Shown piece by piece: positions 1-9,349 of a stretch of 64,000 nt of DNA. The translations under genes were made by a program, and so were the position numbers. The first letter of the stretch is position 1. Each line of letters starts with the position of its first letter. The DNA comes from a bacterium (GTDB taxonomy: Bacteria > Patescibacteriota > Microgenomatia > Woykebacterales > RBG-16-39-9b). The notes under the pieces are model-generated. The model searched no databases and had not been told where the DNA came from. It was given only the letters and a program-made list of their open reading frames with translations. The DNA lies in NCBI GenBank assembly GCA_030704665.1, contig JAUYID010000009.1, forward strand, positions 662,462 through 726,461. Direction: 5' to 3'.

Positions 1-744
1 TCCCCTCGTTCCTAAAGCAAAGCAGGCAAAGGTGACCGCTTCATTGCGGTCAAACATGACTTGGTGATTGGCCCCACGCAAGTTCTCGCTACCGACAACC
101 TCAATCGTTCTGGGTTCCGTACGGGAAGCTTGAGCGCCCATTTTGTTTAATAAGCTGATCAAATCATCAACTTCTGGTTCCGCAGCGGCATTGCGAATCG
201 TTGTTTTTCCGGAAGCTAAACAGCCAGCGAGCAACATCATCTCAGTTCCAGTGTGAGTATTTTTGGCAAAAGTAAATTCCGTTCCAATCAAACTTTCGGC
301 GCTCGCCTCAATAAAACCGTTCTCAACAAAAATCTCAGCTCCGAGAGATTTGAGGGCCTCAAAATGACGATCCAAGGGTCTTTCACCGATTTTGTCCCCA
401 CCGGGAAGAGGAACCCTCGCTTTTTTGAAACGATGCAGCAAAACTGGAAGCAAAAGAGTTGCGGCTCGGCTAGAAGAACCAAAACGAGATTCTAGAGAGT
501 TTTTTTCTAAACCTTGTCCACTTGATTCAACGACATGGTTGCCGGGAAATTGTGCTTTTCCACCCAAAGATTCAATCATTTGTTTGACTACTATAGAATC
601 ACGAACGTAAGAAACGTTCTCAAGTCGGGAAGTTTGATCAGAAAGTAAGGAAGCAATCATTAGTTTGAAAGCAGCGTTTTTGGCTCCGTAAATCTCGACC
701 TCACCTTTGAGGGGGACACCCCCATCAATCACGTATTTAGCCAT
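1..744 (-). CDS. murA: UDP-N-acetylglucosamine 1-carboxyvinyltransferase, partial. The N-terminal ~248 aa are in the window and the gene runs off the left edge.
   Basis: Hand translation of the minus strand from ATG at 744 gives MAKYVIDGGVPLKGEVEIYGAKNAAFKLMIASLL..., a typical MurA N-terminus. It overlaps the murB stop by 8 nt. Confidence 0.8.
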   Translation of the reverse strand, partial: MAKYVIDGGVPLKGEVEIYGAKNAAFKLMIASLLSDQTSRLENVSYVRDSIVVKQMIESLGGKAQFPGNHVVESSGQGLEKNSLESRFGSSSRAATLLLPVLLHRFKKARVPLPGGDKIGERPLDRHFEALKSLGAEIFVENGFIEASAESLIGTEFTFAKNTHTGTEMMLLAGCLASGKTTIRNAAAEPEVDDLISLLNKMGAQASRTEPRTIEVVGSENLRGANHQVMFDRNEAVTFACFALGTRG

Positions 745-1648
745 TGCCCCAGTCTCCTAAGTAACGTACCTCTTCGAGTAGCTCAATATTAAATTTTTCT
801 TCAACCTCTTTTTTCATCAAATCTACGAGTGCTTTTACATCGGCAGCTTTGGCACTACCAGTGTTAATAATGAAGTTGCCGTGTTTTTCACTGATTTTAG
901 CTCCTCCAATTTGCTTTCCCTTCAAACCAGCTTTCTCAATCAACTCACCAGCGTGCCCACCCGGAGGGTTGCGAAAAGTCGAGCCAACCGTAGCTCCAGC
1001 TGGGTGATTTACTTTTCTTTGTAAAATATCCTTGACCCGCTCTTCAATTTCTTTTTTGTTTGAGATCTTGAGAGCAATTTTGGCGGAAAGAATGACTTCA
1101 CCAGAACCCTGAAAACGGCTCGTCCGGTAATCGAACCCGGCTTTCTCAGGATAAACTTTTTCAATTTTACCCTCCGGAGTAAGAACCTTGATTTGGGCAA
1201 CCAAATGACCAAAGAACTCCCCCTTTCCTGTATCTCCGGCATTCATAAAAATCGCTCCTCCCACCGAAGAGGGGACCCGCATCATTCTTTCCAAACCGCT
1301 TAAACCTCGTTTTGAGGCTTCGAGCATCAACTGCACCATGTTAACCCCTGATTCAACTTCCACAAAACCGTGAGGCAAAAACTTGATTGCGGAAGTGCGA
1401 TTCAGAATCACCAAACCTCTGATTCCTTTGTCGGAAATAAGTACGTTGGCCCCTTGACCGAGAATATAGTAGGGAACCTCAAATTCACGGGCGAGGCCGA
1501 CCGCTTCAATTAGTTCTTCTTCTGTCTTGACCTCAAGAAAAACATCGGCTGGTCCACCCACCTTCATGTAGGTGTGCGAACTCATTGGTTCGTTGACCCG
1601 CACGCGATTGAAACCAAGCTTGTTGATAAGTTTTTCTTCTGGATCCAT
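737..1648 (-). CDS. murB: UDP-N-acetylenolpyruvoylglucosamine reductase
   Basis: 303-aa ORF with an FAD-binding MurB-like fold (..YMKVGGPADVF.., GGHAGE). Position in the mur gene run supports the call. Confidence 0.85.
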   Translation of the reverse strand: MDPEEKLINKLGFNRVRVNEPMSSHTYMKVGGPADVFLEVKTEEELIEAVGLAREFEVPYYILGQGANVLISDKGIRGLVILNRTSAIKFLPHGFVEVESGVNMVQLMLEASKRGLSGLERMMRVPSSVGGAIFMNAGDTGKGEFFGHLVAQIKVLTPEGKIEKVYPEKAGFDYRTSRFQGSGEVILSAKIALKISNKKEIEERVKDILQRKVNHPAGATVGSTFRNPPGGHAGELIEKAGLKGKQIGGAKISEKHGNFIINTGSAKAADVKALVDLMKKEVEEKFNIELLEEVRYLGDWGNG

Positions 1649-2931
1649 CAGGCCTTGTTCCCCACTTTCTTTAATATTAGCTCGGAAAGCTCGTTGCTAT
1701 CTCCTGCTCCCAAATTGAGAATAACGCTACCAAAGTCTACATTTTTGGCAAGGTAAACTGCGGCTTGCTCCTTGGAACCAGTGCTAACCACTTCCTTGTT
1801 CTTTATTGCCCGCGCCAGATCATCTGAAACAAATTTTCCTGCTCTCTCCCGAGAAGCATAGACCGGTAAAAGCACAATATTATCGACTGGGGCTTTTTCG
1901 AAAGCTTCGACAAACTGCGGGAACAGCTTCTCGAGGCGGCTGAAGGTGTGGGGCTGAAAAACGCACCAAATCTTCTCATTGGGGAATTTTTCTCGGGCGG
2001 CTTTTAGAGTCACTGCCACCCCACTGGGGTGGTGAGCGTAATCATCAAAAACTTTGATTCCCTTTGCCTCCCCGCGAAACTCAAAGCGGCGGCTGATACC
2101 GTCAAAGACTTCCAAAGCTTGTTTGGCAATTTCAGAACCAACTCCAAGATAAAGCGCTGCAGCAAAAGCAAGAGAAGCGTTTTCTTGATTAAACTGTCCT
2201 GGAACCCTCAAATTAAAATTTTCTTTGACAAAAGTTTTTTGTTTTTCTTTCTGATTTCTCAGCTCAACTTTTGGACCCAGGAAGAGCGCGCCATCGGAAG
2301 CAACTTGGGCGGCAAAATCTTCAAAGGCTGACTGAACTGCTTCCAGTGAAGTAAAGTAGTCTGGATGATCGAACTCGATGTTGGTAATGATCTCAACTTG
2401 TGGTCGATAAAGCAAAAACTTTTCCGAATACTCATCCGCCTCGATGACGAAAATTTCTCCCTTGCCCGCCCGGTAGTTGCTTTGCCAGTCCGGAACTACT
2501 GCTCCCACGAAAACGCTCGGGTCTAAGCGAGCTTTTTCCAAAATTAAGCCGAGCATCGCTGTGGTTGTACTTTTTCCGTTGGTCCCAGCAACTGCAACGA
2601 CCTTCTTGTCCTGAAGCAAAAATTCCGCGAGAAATTCTTCGGCTATCTTGACTGGCAGTTTTAATCTTTCTGCTTCTTCAACTTCAGAATTTTCCGGATC
2701 GATTTTCTTGGTCGCGTTGGAGACAACCAACATTTCCACGTCTTGCAAATGCTCTTTGCTGCACTCTTTGAAGGTGGGTATCTTCAATTTTAAAAGTTCA
2801 CCGAAAAAGGGTGAGTCCGGATTTAAGTGCTCACAAGCGCTCACCTCAAAACCGTTTTTTTCTGCCAAAGCAGCAACCGCACTGACTGCCGCCCCACCGG
2901 CGAAAATAAAATGAACTTTTTTAGGCTTCAT
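1648..2931 (-). CDS. murC: UDP-N-acetylmuramate--L-alanine ligase
   Basis: 427 aa. N-terminal VHFIFAGGAAVSAVA, the Mur ligase P-loop AVAGTNGKSTTTAML, and DYAHHP. Confidence 0.9.
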   Translation of the reverse strand: MKPKKVHFIFAGGAAVSAVAALAEKNGFEVSACEHLNPDSPFFGELLKLKIPTFKECSKEHLQDVEMLVVSNATKKIDPENSEVEEAERLKLPVKIAEEFLAEFLLQDKKVVAVAGTNGKSTTTAMLGLILEKARLDPSVFVGAVVPDWQSNYRAGKGEIFVIEADEYSEKFLLYRPQVEIITNIEFDHPDYFTSLEAVQSAFEDFAAQVASDGALFLGPKVELRNQKEKQKTFVKENFNLRVPGQFNQENASLAFAAALYLGVGSEIAKQALEVFDGISRRFEFRGEAKGIKVFDDYAHHPSGVAVTLKAAREKFPNEKIWCVFQPHTFSRLEKLFPQFVEAFEKAPVDNIVLLPVYASRERAGKFVSDDLARAIKNKEVVSTGSKEQAAVYLAKNVDFGSVILNLGAGDSNELSELILKKVGNKA

Positions 2932-3673
2932 CTTTACTCCAATGCTTCTCGATAAACTCGGAGGTCAAAGAAAGCTGCTCTGGCGTATCGACTCCAAACC
3001 AGCCTTGAGTATCAATCTTGTGGGTAACTATTTTTGCCTCCTCGGCTACTGCCAACTCAACCAAATCGGTGAGAAAATACTCATTTGCTTTAGTTAACTT
3101 TAAGTTTTTGATACTTTTCTCAAGCCAAACCCGGTCAAATAAGTAACAGCCGTCATTGACTTCTTTGATCCTTTTTTGTTCCTCAGTGGCGACTTTTTCC
3201 TCAACAATAGCTTCGAGATTGCCTTGGTCATCTCGAACAATTCTTCCCAAACCGGTCGGGTTTTCGGTCTCGGCGGTCAAAAAACTGATGGTCGGCTTTT
3301 CCAACAAATGTTGGGCGAGTAAAACTTCCAAAATACTCTTTTGGTAAACATCAGCTCCATAAAGAACCAGAACCTTTTCTGATTTTTCGTTGACTCTTTC
3401 CAAGCCAAGGCGGACTGCTTCTCCTGTTCCTGTCGCTTGTGGCTGAAGAGCGTATTTGTAATTGTCCCCAAGAGCTTCTTTGATTTGCTCTCCCAAATGG
3501 CCAATCACTATTACCGTGTCTTCAATCCCCAACTTTTTCACAACCTCTAGAGAGTAATGGATCATTGGTTTTCCTGCCACTTCATAGAGAGCTTTGGGCT
3601 TTGGTGAGGGTTGACCGGAATTTAATCTAGTTCCTTCTCCAGCCGCGAGAATAATTGCTGCAGTACCTTTCAT
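2921..3673 (-). CDS. Sugar-1-phosphate nucleotidyltransferase, GlmU N-terminal (uridylyltransferase)-like. It lacks the hexapeptide domain.
   Basis: 250 aa. AIILAAGEGTRL is the nucleotidyltransferase signature. The gene sits between murE and murC. Confidence 0.6.
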   Translation of the reverse strand: MKGTAAIILAAGEGTRLNSGQPSPKPKALYEVAGKPMIHYSLEVVKKLGIEDTVIVIGHLGEQIKEALGDNYKYALQPQATGTGEAVRLGLERVNEKSEKVLVLYGADVYQKSILEVLLAQHLLEKPTISFLTAETENPTGLGRIVRDDQGNLEAIVEEKVATEEQKRIKEVNDGCYLFDRVWLEKSIKNLKLTKANEYFLTDLVELAVAEEAKIVTHKIDTQGWFGVDTPEQLSLTSEFIEKHWSKDEA

Positions 3674-4977
3674 TTGAAAAACCTTTCTTTCAAGGATTGT
3701 CTAGCCAGTTTTTCATCACTCCAAGGAATTTCCTTGCCCCCAATATTCATCGTTTCTTCATGCCCTTTGCCAAAAATTGCCACGATGTCCCCTTTTTTCG
3801 CTAAATTTTTCGTTGCCAAACCAATCGCCTCGGCACGATCTGCTATCTTCCAAAAGCTTTGGTTGAAAACCCCACCGACTTCAACTGCCCCAGCGGCGAT
3901 TTCTTCGATGATTTTGTTTGGATCCTCATTTCTTGGGTCTTCCGAAGTAAAGATTGAATAATCCGCGAGTTTAGTAGCAACTTTGCCCATGACTCCTCTT
4001 TTGAGAATATCACGTTCGGAAGCAGCGCCAAAGACACAAATTAATTTGTTGTGTTGGTAGTGCTGCAAACTTTTCAGAGCTGCCTCAAGAGCAGCCGGAG
4101 TGTGAGCAAAATCTACCACCACAAAAAAATCCTGGCCTTCAGAAATAAACTGCATTCTTCCTTTCACCCCAGGAAAATCCTCTAGTAAAGGCCCAGTTTT
4201 TGCTCCTTCAAATCCCAAAGCTTTCAAGACTCCAACTGTGGCCAGAATATTGTAAACATTAAATCTTCCCGCCAAAGGGGTGGTCAGAGGAAAACTTTCC
4301 TTATCTTTTTGCTTGCCTCGTAAGTTTATTTTTAGCTCCAGCCCAAATTCAGTCTCGGCTACAGAACTCGCCCGTATATCCGCTCCTTGCCTCAAACCGA
4401 AACTAATTAACTGCCCAAAACCCATGAGCCGAAGTTGGCTAAAACTTGGATCGTCAAAATTTAGAACTCGAAACCTTGTCCCCCGCAAAATTTTTGCCTT
4501 GGCCAAAGTATATTTGTTCAAATTTTTGTGGTAGTCCAGGTGCTCCGGAGTAATGTTGGTAATAACAGCTACCCGCAAAGGAATAAAGGCAACTCGATTT
4601 TGGTCCAGACCGTGCGAAGTCATTTCAACAACTGCGTATTTGGTGCCAGCTTTAACCATTTCCCGCAAAAATTTTTGTACTTGAAAAGAGTCCGGTGTAG
4701 TGACATGAAAGCCTGTTTTGACCTCTTTTTCGCCAATTTTTGCTTCAACTGTTGATACCATGCCAACCTTAAGGCCGAGCTTTTTTAAGCTATGGTAAAC
4801 CATCGAAGTCGTGGTTGTTTTTCCATCAGTCCCGGTGACCCCAATCACAATCAGTTTTCTGGCTGGAAAACGAAAAAACAAGGCCGCAAAAAAAGCTGCG
4901 ACAAGATGAAAATAGTTTTTTATTGTCTGGGGCAAGATCTTTTTCATACCCTCAAACATGGGAGACAATTCTACCAC
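3670..4977 (-). CDS. murE: UDP-N-acetylmuramoyl-L-alanyl-D-glutamate--2,6-diaminopimelate (or L-Lys) ligase
   Basis: 435 aa. P-loop GVTGTDGKTTTTSMV, DFAHTP and FGKGHE motifs of MurE-type Mur ligases. Confidence 0.8.
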   Translation of the reverse strand: MVELSPMFEGMKKILPQTIKNYFHLVAAFFAALFFRFPARKLIVIGVTGTDGKTTTTSMVYHSLKKLGLKVGMVSTVEAKIGEKEVKTGFHVTTPDSFQVQKFLREMVKAGTKYAVVEMTSHGLDQNRVAFIPLRVAVITNITPEHLDYHKNLNKYTLAKAKILRGTRFRVLNFDDPSFSQLRLMGFGQLISFGLRQGADIRASSVAETEFGLELKINLRGKQKDKESFPLTTPLAGRFNVYNILATVGVLKALGFEGAKTGPLLEDFPGVKGRMQFISEGQDFFVVVDFAHTPAALEAALKSLQHYQHNKLICVFGAASERDILKRGVMGKVATKLADYSIFTSEDPRNEDPNKIIEEIAAGAVEVGGVFNQSFWKIADRAEAIGLATKNLAKKGDIVAIFGKGHEETMNIGGKEIPWSDEKLARQSLKERFFK

Positions 4978-5001
4978 AAACTCAGTTAGAGTTAACCTTT
5001 T

Positions 5002-6774
5002 TTAGTGGATCGCTATCCCCCAATACGAATACAATTCTCTCGCAATATCAAAGAAAAGTGGTTCGGAAGTTTCCGCGGCGTAAATCGGAATCGGCTCGTT
5101 AAAACGTACAATCATGGCAAATTTTGGTTTTTCAACTGGGCCGAAGCCTACGAAAGAAGCAACGGTTTTGTTTGGGTCATAGTGACCCGCGATTGGAATT
5201 TGCGCGGTTCCAGTTTTGCCTGCAACACGCAGCCCGTGCGGAATCAGTCTTTTTGCTTCCCCATTCTCGACTGCGGAAAAAAGTAGTTCTTTCATGACTG
5301 AGGCAGTTTTGGGTTTGATAATCTGCCCGACCTCTACGGGTTTGTGCTCGATAGTTTTTTCACCAATAATTTTTTGGACGAGATAGGGTTGCATCATTTT
5401 CCCTCCGTTAGCAATGGCACTGGCTGCGGTCAGCATTTGCAGGGAGGTCACAGAAATTCCTTGTCCAAAAGCAGAAGTCACGTAATCTATCGGATACCAA
5501 TCTGCCGGGTCTTTCAAAAGTCCTGTTTCTTCCCCTTGAAGATCCACGCCAGTCTTTTTCCCAAAGCCGAATTTTTTTACATAGTCAATAAATTTGGCCT
5601 TACCAACCTTTTCCGCCATGAAAGAAGCGCCGACATTGTCGGAGTGTTCAAGAATATCGGAAACTGTTGAGCCGGAGTGATACTGATTATTCCAAGTCCT
5701 GATTTCATAGCCTGCGATTTTTATCGGCCCGGTGCAGGGACAAACTGTTTCGGTGGTAATTGCTCCGCTGTCTAGGGCAGCGGCGGCGGTTATCATTTTG
5801 AAAGTCGATCCAGGTTCGTAAACATCACTAATGGCGCCGTTGCGCAAATCTTTATTCTCAAAACTAAACCATTTGCTCGGGTCAAAACTTGGTACGTTCG
5901 CGACGGCCAGAATGGCACCCGTTTTTATGTCCATGACAATAGCGCTACCGGATTTAGCAGAGTATTTTTTCATTCCGGCTCTCAGGTAACGCTCAACGGT
6001 GTACTGAACCGTGCGGTCAATTGTTGTCACCAAATCAAAACCATCAGCAGGAACAGCTCCTGATTTTAAACCTGCCAAAATTGGGTGGCCCTGGGCATCT
6101 ACTTCTTCGGTCAGCTTTCCTACCCTACCTCTCAACTGATCGTCATAAAAACCCTCAAGCCCAGAGTAGCCTCTGTCATTGCCGTCTTCATCTTCACCCA
6201 CAAATCCAAGAAGCTGGGCTGCCAAACTTCCATTGGGATAGAAACGTGAGGCTTGCTCTTCAAAACCAAGACCGACGAGACCGAGTTTTTCTATTTTCTC
6301 TTTTGTTTTTTCAGTTAGTTTGTGGGCAAGGGCGACCCAAACCACGTTTTCAGTTTCTAAAGATTCTGTCAGAGATCTCTTGAGCGAATCGAGAATTTTC
6401 TTTTTCTCTTTGGTGGTTGCTTTCTCGGGTTTTTTGAGATCGGAAATTTTCTCCTCGGCAAGTAAGGGGGCTAAATCGTCAACAATATCTTTTGCAAGCT
6501 TGCCAAAGTCTTTTTTCCCTTTTTCTGAATCTTTTAATTGTTGTAGGTTGGCAAAAAGCAAAAAGGACGGTTGGTTGGCAACAAGGACTTCGAGATCAAA
6601 AGAAAGGATCTTTCCTCGATCGGCCCCAATTGAAACTGTAGTCAGATGCTGGTTTGCCGCTGCAGTCACAAACTCGTCGTAGTTGATTACTTGCCAAAAA
6701 AAGAGTCGCCCTAGTATCGCTAAAGCAAAAAATAAAAATAAACCCTGGAGAAACCAGGCTCGGGGGTTCTTCAT
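5002..6774 (-). CDS. ftsI: Penicillin-binding protein, FtsI/PBP2-type transpeptidase
   Basis: 590 aa with an N-terminal TM segment. All three PBP motifs are present: SGSTFK (EPGSTFKMI), SDN (HSDNVG) and KTGTA (AGKTGTAQI). Confidence 0.9.
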   Translation of the reverse strand: MKNPRAWFLQGLFLFFALAILGRLFFWQVINYDEFVTAAANQHLTTVSIGADRGKILSFDLEVLVANQPSFLLFANLQQLKDSEKGKKDFGKLAKDIVDDLAPLLAEEKISDLKKPEKATTKEKKKILDSLKRSLTESLETENVVWVALAHKLTEKTKEKIEKLGLVGLGFEEQASRFYPNGSLAAQLLGFVGEDEDGNDRGYSGLEGFYDDQLRGRVGKLTEEVDAQGHPILAGLKSGAVPADGFDLVTTIDRTVQYTVERYLRAGMKKYSAKSGSAIVMDIKTGAILAVANVPSFDPSKWFSFENKDLRNGAISDVYEPGSTFKMITAAAALDSGAITTETVCPCTGPIKIAGYEIRTWNNQYHSGSTVSDILEHSDNVGASFMAEKVGKAKFIDYVKKFGFGKKTGVDLQGEETGLLKDPADWYPIDYVTSAFGQGISVTSLQMLTAASAIANGGKMMQPYLVQKIIGEKTIEHKPVEVGQIIKPKTASVMKELLFSAVENGEAKRLIPHGLRVAGKTGTAQIPIAGHYDPNKTVASFVGFGPVEKPKFAMIVRFNEPIPIYAAETSEPLFFDIARELYSYWGIAIH

Positions 6775-7085
6775 GGTAGAAGAGCAAGACCACTGCTGCT
6801 TCTGTAGATCTGGACTTGTCTGATTGGTACAAAACCAAGTTTTTTCGCTGCTTTTGAGATTTTGGCGACTGAGCCCAAACTGCTGACCTGGTTTCCAAGT
6901 CTTTCATTTTCGCTTTTGAGCTCTTGGAGTTCTGTAGAATAGGCGGAAGCTAAACCCCCGGTCGTGGCCAGCTGATTGGAAACGAATATTTTTGCCAGTA
7001 ACAAGCCGACGACAAGAATTGCCAAAAACCAAACAGTTTTGGACAAAAAGGTATTTTCTTTTTTTCCTAGTTTTTGAGTTTCCAT
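6771..7085 (-). CDS. ftsL: Cell division protein FtsL-like (small bitopic membrane protein with a coiled coil)
   Basis: 104 aa with one TM helix followed by a heptad-like region. It lies between rsmH and ftsI, the canonical ftsL position. Confidence 0.5.
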   Translation of the reverse strand: METQKLGKKENTFLSKTVWFLAILVVGLLLAKIFVSNQLATTGGLASAYSTELQELKSENERLGNQVSSLGSVAKISKAAKKLGFVPIRQVQIYRSSSGLALLP

Positions 7086-7100
7086 GGGCAGGGTCCTCTT

Positions 7101-7964
7101 TTAAATTTTCTCGGCAACTCTCAGCTTTGCACTTCTGGCTCTCGGGTTTCTCTCTACCTCTTCTTCAGAAGGCAAAACCGGATTTTTGGTTATTATTTTC
7201 AAATTCTCTTGGTCCTGGAAAAATCTTTTGACAATTCGGTCCTCTAAGGAGTGGAAACTGATAACGAGCAATTTTCCACCCTTTTCCAAGACTTCCAAAC
7301 TTTCTCTCAGTCCTTCTTCCAGATTTTCTAGCTCGCTATTGACTGCAATTCTCAACGCCATGAAAACTTTGGTCGCCGGATGCAGTCTGCCCTTGCGGGC
7401 CCCGACAACACGGTTGATTATTTTAACTAGCTGATAACTCGTCTGGATTTTTTCTTCTCGACGGGCGTCGACAATAGCACGAGCAAGACGTCGCGCAGAG
7501 TGCTCCTCACCATACTTGTCAAATAGCTCATAAAGTTCCCTTTCTGCTAAAGCATTTATTAAATCTGCTGCACTGACTCCTAGGTTCGGATCCAACCTCA
7601 TGTCTAGCGGTGCATCTAGATTGAAGCTCAAGCCCAAACTAGGATCAGAAAGTTGATCGCTTGATATTCCTAAATCAAAAAGTACTCCTGAAACTGAAGT
7701 AATCCCTTTTTCTCTCAGGATTTCGCCTATTCTGCTAAAATTTTTGTTAATGATCGTCAACCCTGCCAGTGCCTCCTCTTCCAGTTTTTCCACTGTCTTT
7801 GGATCCACTTCGAAACCAATTACCTGACCACCCTGCTTAATTATTTCCTTAGCGTGTCCAGCCGCTCCCAGGGTCGCATCTACGTACAGATGACCTTTTT
7901 TAACGTTCAGAAAATCCAAAACTTCCTTCAGAAGTACGCTTTGGTGCTGCCAAGGATTTCTCAT
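7101..7964 (-). CDS. rsmH: 16S rRNA (cytosine1402-N4)-methyltransferase
   Basis: 287 aa. DATLGAAGH and SFHSLEDR motifs of MraW/RsmH. Confidence 0.9.
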   Translation of the reverse strand: MRNPWQHQSVLLKEVLDFLNVKKGHLYVDATLGAAGHAKEIIKQGGQVIGFEVDPKTVEKLEEEALAGLTIINKNFSRIGEILREKGITSVSGVLFDLGISSDQLSDPSLGLSFNLDAPLDMRLDPNLGVSAADLINALAERELYELFDKYGEEHSARRLARAIVDARREEKIQTSYQLVKIINRVVGARKGRLHPATKVFMALRIAVNSELENLEEGLRESLEVLEKGGKLLVISFHSLEDRIVKRFFQDQENLKIITKNPVLPSEEEVERNPRARSAKLRVAEKI

Positions 7965-8392
7965 ATTCCCGAATCTCTTAGTCTTTCCGCGAGGGCTTCA
8001 CCACCAGCTCGAAGTTTGGCCTCCATCTTTTTCCATTTGTTCTTGTCCCAAACTTCAATTCTTTCTAAAACCCCGATAACAATTGCTTCTTTTTTTAAAG
8101 CCGCGTACTTTCTCAAATATTCTGGCAAACTGATCCTACCTAATTTATCAAAATCAACTTCGACTGCCCCGGCAAAAAGGTAGCGACTAAAGGCTCTGGC
8201 GTCGGCTTGAGTCAGAGGCAAAGCAACCATTTTTTTGGCCAGTTCTTCCCAAGAATTTCTCGAGTACAAAAAAAGGCAACCGTCGAGACCACGAGTCAAG
8301 ACTGGTTCCCTGCCAAGAGCCTCTCTAAATTTTTTAGGTACGCTTACCCGCCCTTTATAATCAATACTGTGTTCGTATTCTCCGACAAACAT
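7961..8392 (-). CDS. mraZ: Transcriptional regulator MraZ
   Basis: 143 aa with a duplicated MraZ fold (MFVGEYEHSIDYKGRVSVPKKFR). It is the first gene of the dcw run. Confidence 0.85.
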   Translation of the reverse strand: MFVGEYEHSIDYKGRVSVPKKFREALGREPVLTRGLDGCLFLYSRNSWEELAKKMVALPLTQADARAFSRYLFAGAVEVDFDKLGRISLPEYLRKYAALKKEAIVIGVLERIEVWDKNKWKKMEAKLRAGGEALAERLRDSGI

Positions 8393-8514
8393 CTGCCTTC
8401 AAAAACTTTCTAGGCAGAGTTTCAAAGAGTTTCCTATCTAAGTCCGGTCAGGACTAAAAATCCTGCTGTCCAGAAGGGCAGGCTGTGGAGGAGCAAAGTG
8501 TAAGAAGTTTGATC

Positions 8515-8549
8515 CACTCTTTACCACTTTTTCCCCTTTTTTACCACTG
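8515..8549 (-). promoter_or_regulatory. Candidate MraZ operator: direct repeats TACCACT (minus strand AGTGGTA) at 8515, 8525 and 8545, 10-bp phased.
   Basis: Three CCACT repeats with 10/20-bp spacing, 120-155 bp upstream of mraZ. MraZ proteins are known to bind phased GTGG-type direct repeats. Confidence 0.3.
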
Positions 8550-8645
8550 TAGTCATTTTATGATCCCCTCCCACACCTGTCAAGCCACGACATATCCCGT
8601 CAAAATTTCTTTAGAACACAACATCTAGTGCCGGGTGCTTTTTCC

Positions 8646-8676
8646 TTGTTAACAACCTGACTAAATGTGCTATCAT
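8646..8676 (+). promoter_or_regulatory. Candidate sigma70-like promoter for the 8690 gene: TTGTTA/TTAACA ... TATCAT
   Basis: Hexamer-like boxes with a 16-19 bp spacer about 15 bp upstream of the ATG. No SD is evident. Confidence 0.25.
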
Positions 8677-8689
8677 CTTTCTTACCCCA

Positions 8690-9349
8690 ATGAAAAATCT
8701 TTTTGAGACTGAAGAAAAAATATTTACTGGCTTTCTGACGCTGAAGGGAACTGCTTGGGAATGCCTCACTTCTCTGGAAACCTATATTGACTCTCTGTTT
8801 GAGAATCCTCCTGAAGGTTTAAATCTGCAAAATAATCTACTCCTTGGAGAAAATGTTAAGCTCGGTAACAACGTCGTTGTTCTCGGTAAAGCCATCCTCT
8901 GTGCTGGTACCGAAGTTTGCGACAACGCAGTTCTACGCGACGGGGTCATTCTAGGACAAAACTCTTTTATTGGTTTTGGTATTGAGATAAAGCATTGCGT
9001 AATAATGAGCAGGACACGAATTCCTCACCTCAACTACGTGGCTGACAGTATCATTGGTAATGGCTGCAATTTTGGGGCTGGAGTCATCACCGCCAACTGG
9101 AAGGGTGGCTTTGCCAACAAAGAAATAGCAGTAAGCTTGGACGAAGAAAGGTTTGACACTGGTTTAGAAAAATTTGGTGCTCTTGTTGGCGACGGGGTTT
9201 ATTTAGGTTGCAACGCTGTTTTGGATCCCGGAGCAGTCATTGGTAAAGGGAGTCTCATCTACCCCTTGAGTTTGATTCGTGGCGAAGTGCCTGTCAAGAC
9301 AATTGTAAAAAACCACCAAAATCTAGAAATGGTGGCAAAGGCAGAATGA
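8690..9349 (+). CDS. Left-handed beta-helix (hexapeptide) acetyltransferase, GlmU C-terminal-domain-like
   Basis: 219 aa of hexapeptide repeats. The stretch HLNYVADSIIGNGCNFGAGVITANWKGG ... FGALVGDGVYLGCNAVLDPGAVIGKGSLI follows the GlmU acetyltransferase pattern (HL.Y.GD..IG...N.GAG.IT.N..G ... IGD.VF.G). Confidence 0.55.
   Translation: MKNLFETEEKIFTGFLTLKGTAWECLTSLETYIDSLFENPPEGLNLQNNLLLGENVKLGNNVVVLGKAILCAGTEVCDNAVLRDGVILGQNSFIGFGIEIKHCVIMSRTRIPHLNYVADSIIGNGCNFGAGVITANWKGGFANKEIAVSLDEERFDTGLEKFGALVGDGVYLGCNAVLDPGAVIGKGSLIYPLSLIRGEVPVKTIVKNHQNLEMVAKAE

Noticed and set aside
253-610. Plus-strand ORFs of 64-80 aa overlapping murA antisense
   Set aside because: They lie entirely inside the well-supported murA coding region on the opposite strand and have low-complexity composition.
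8393-8689. Possible structured ncRNA in the 297-bp mraZ upstream region (short palindromes GTCCggtcaGGAC, CCTGC...GCAGG)
   Set aside because: I found only short, weak stems and no U-run or conserved-looking architecture. Promoter and operator sites explain the region more simply.
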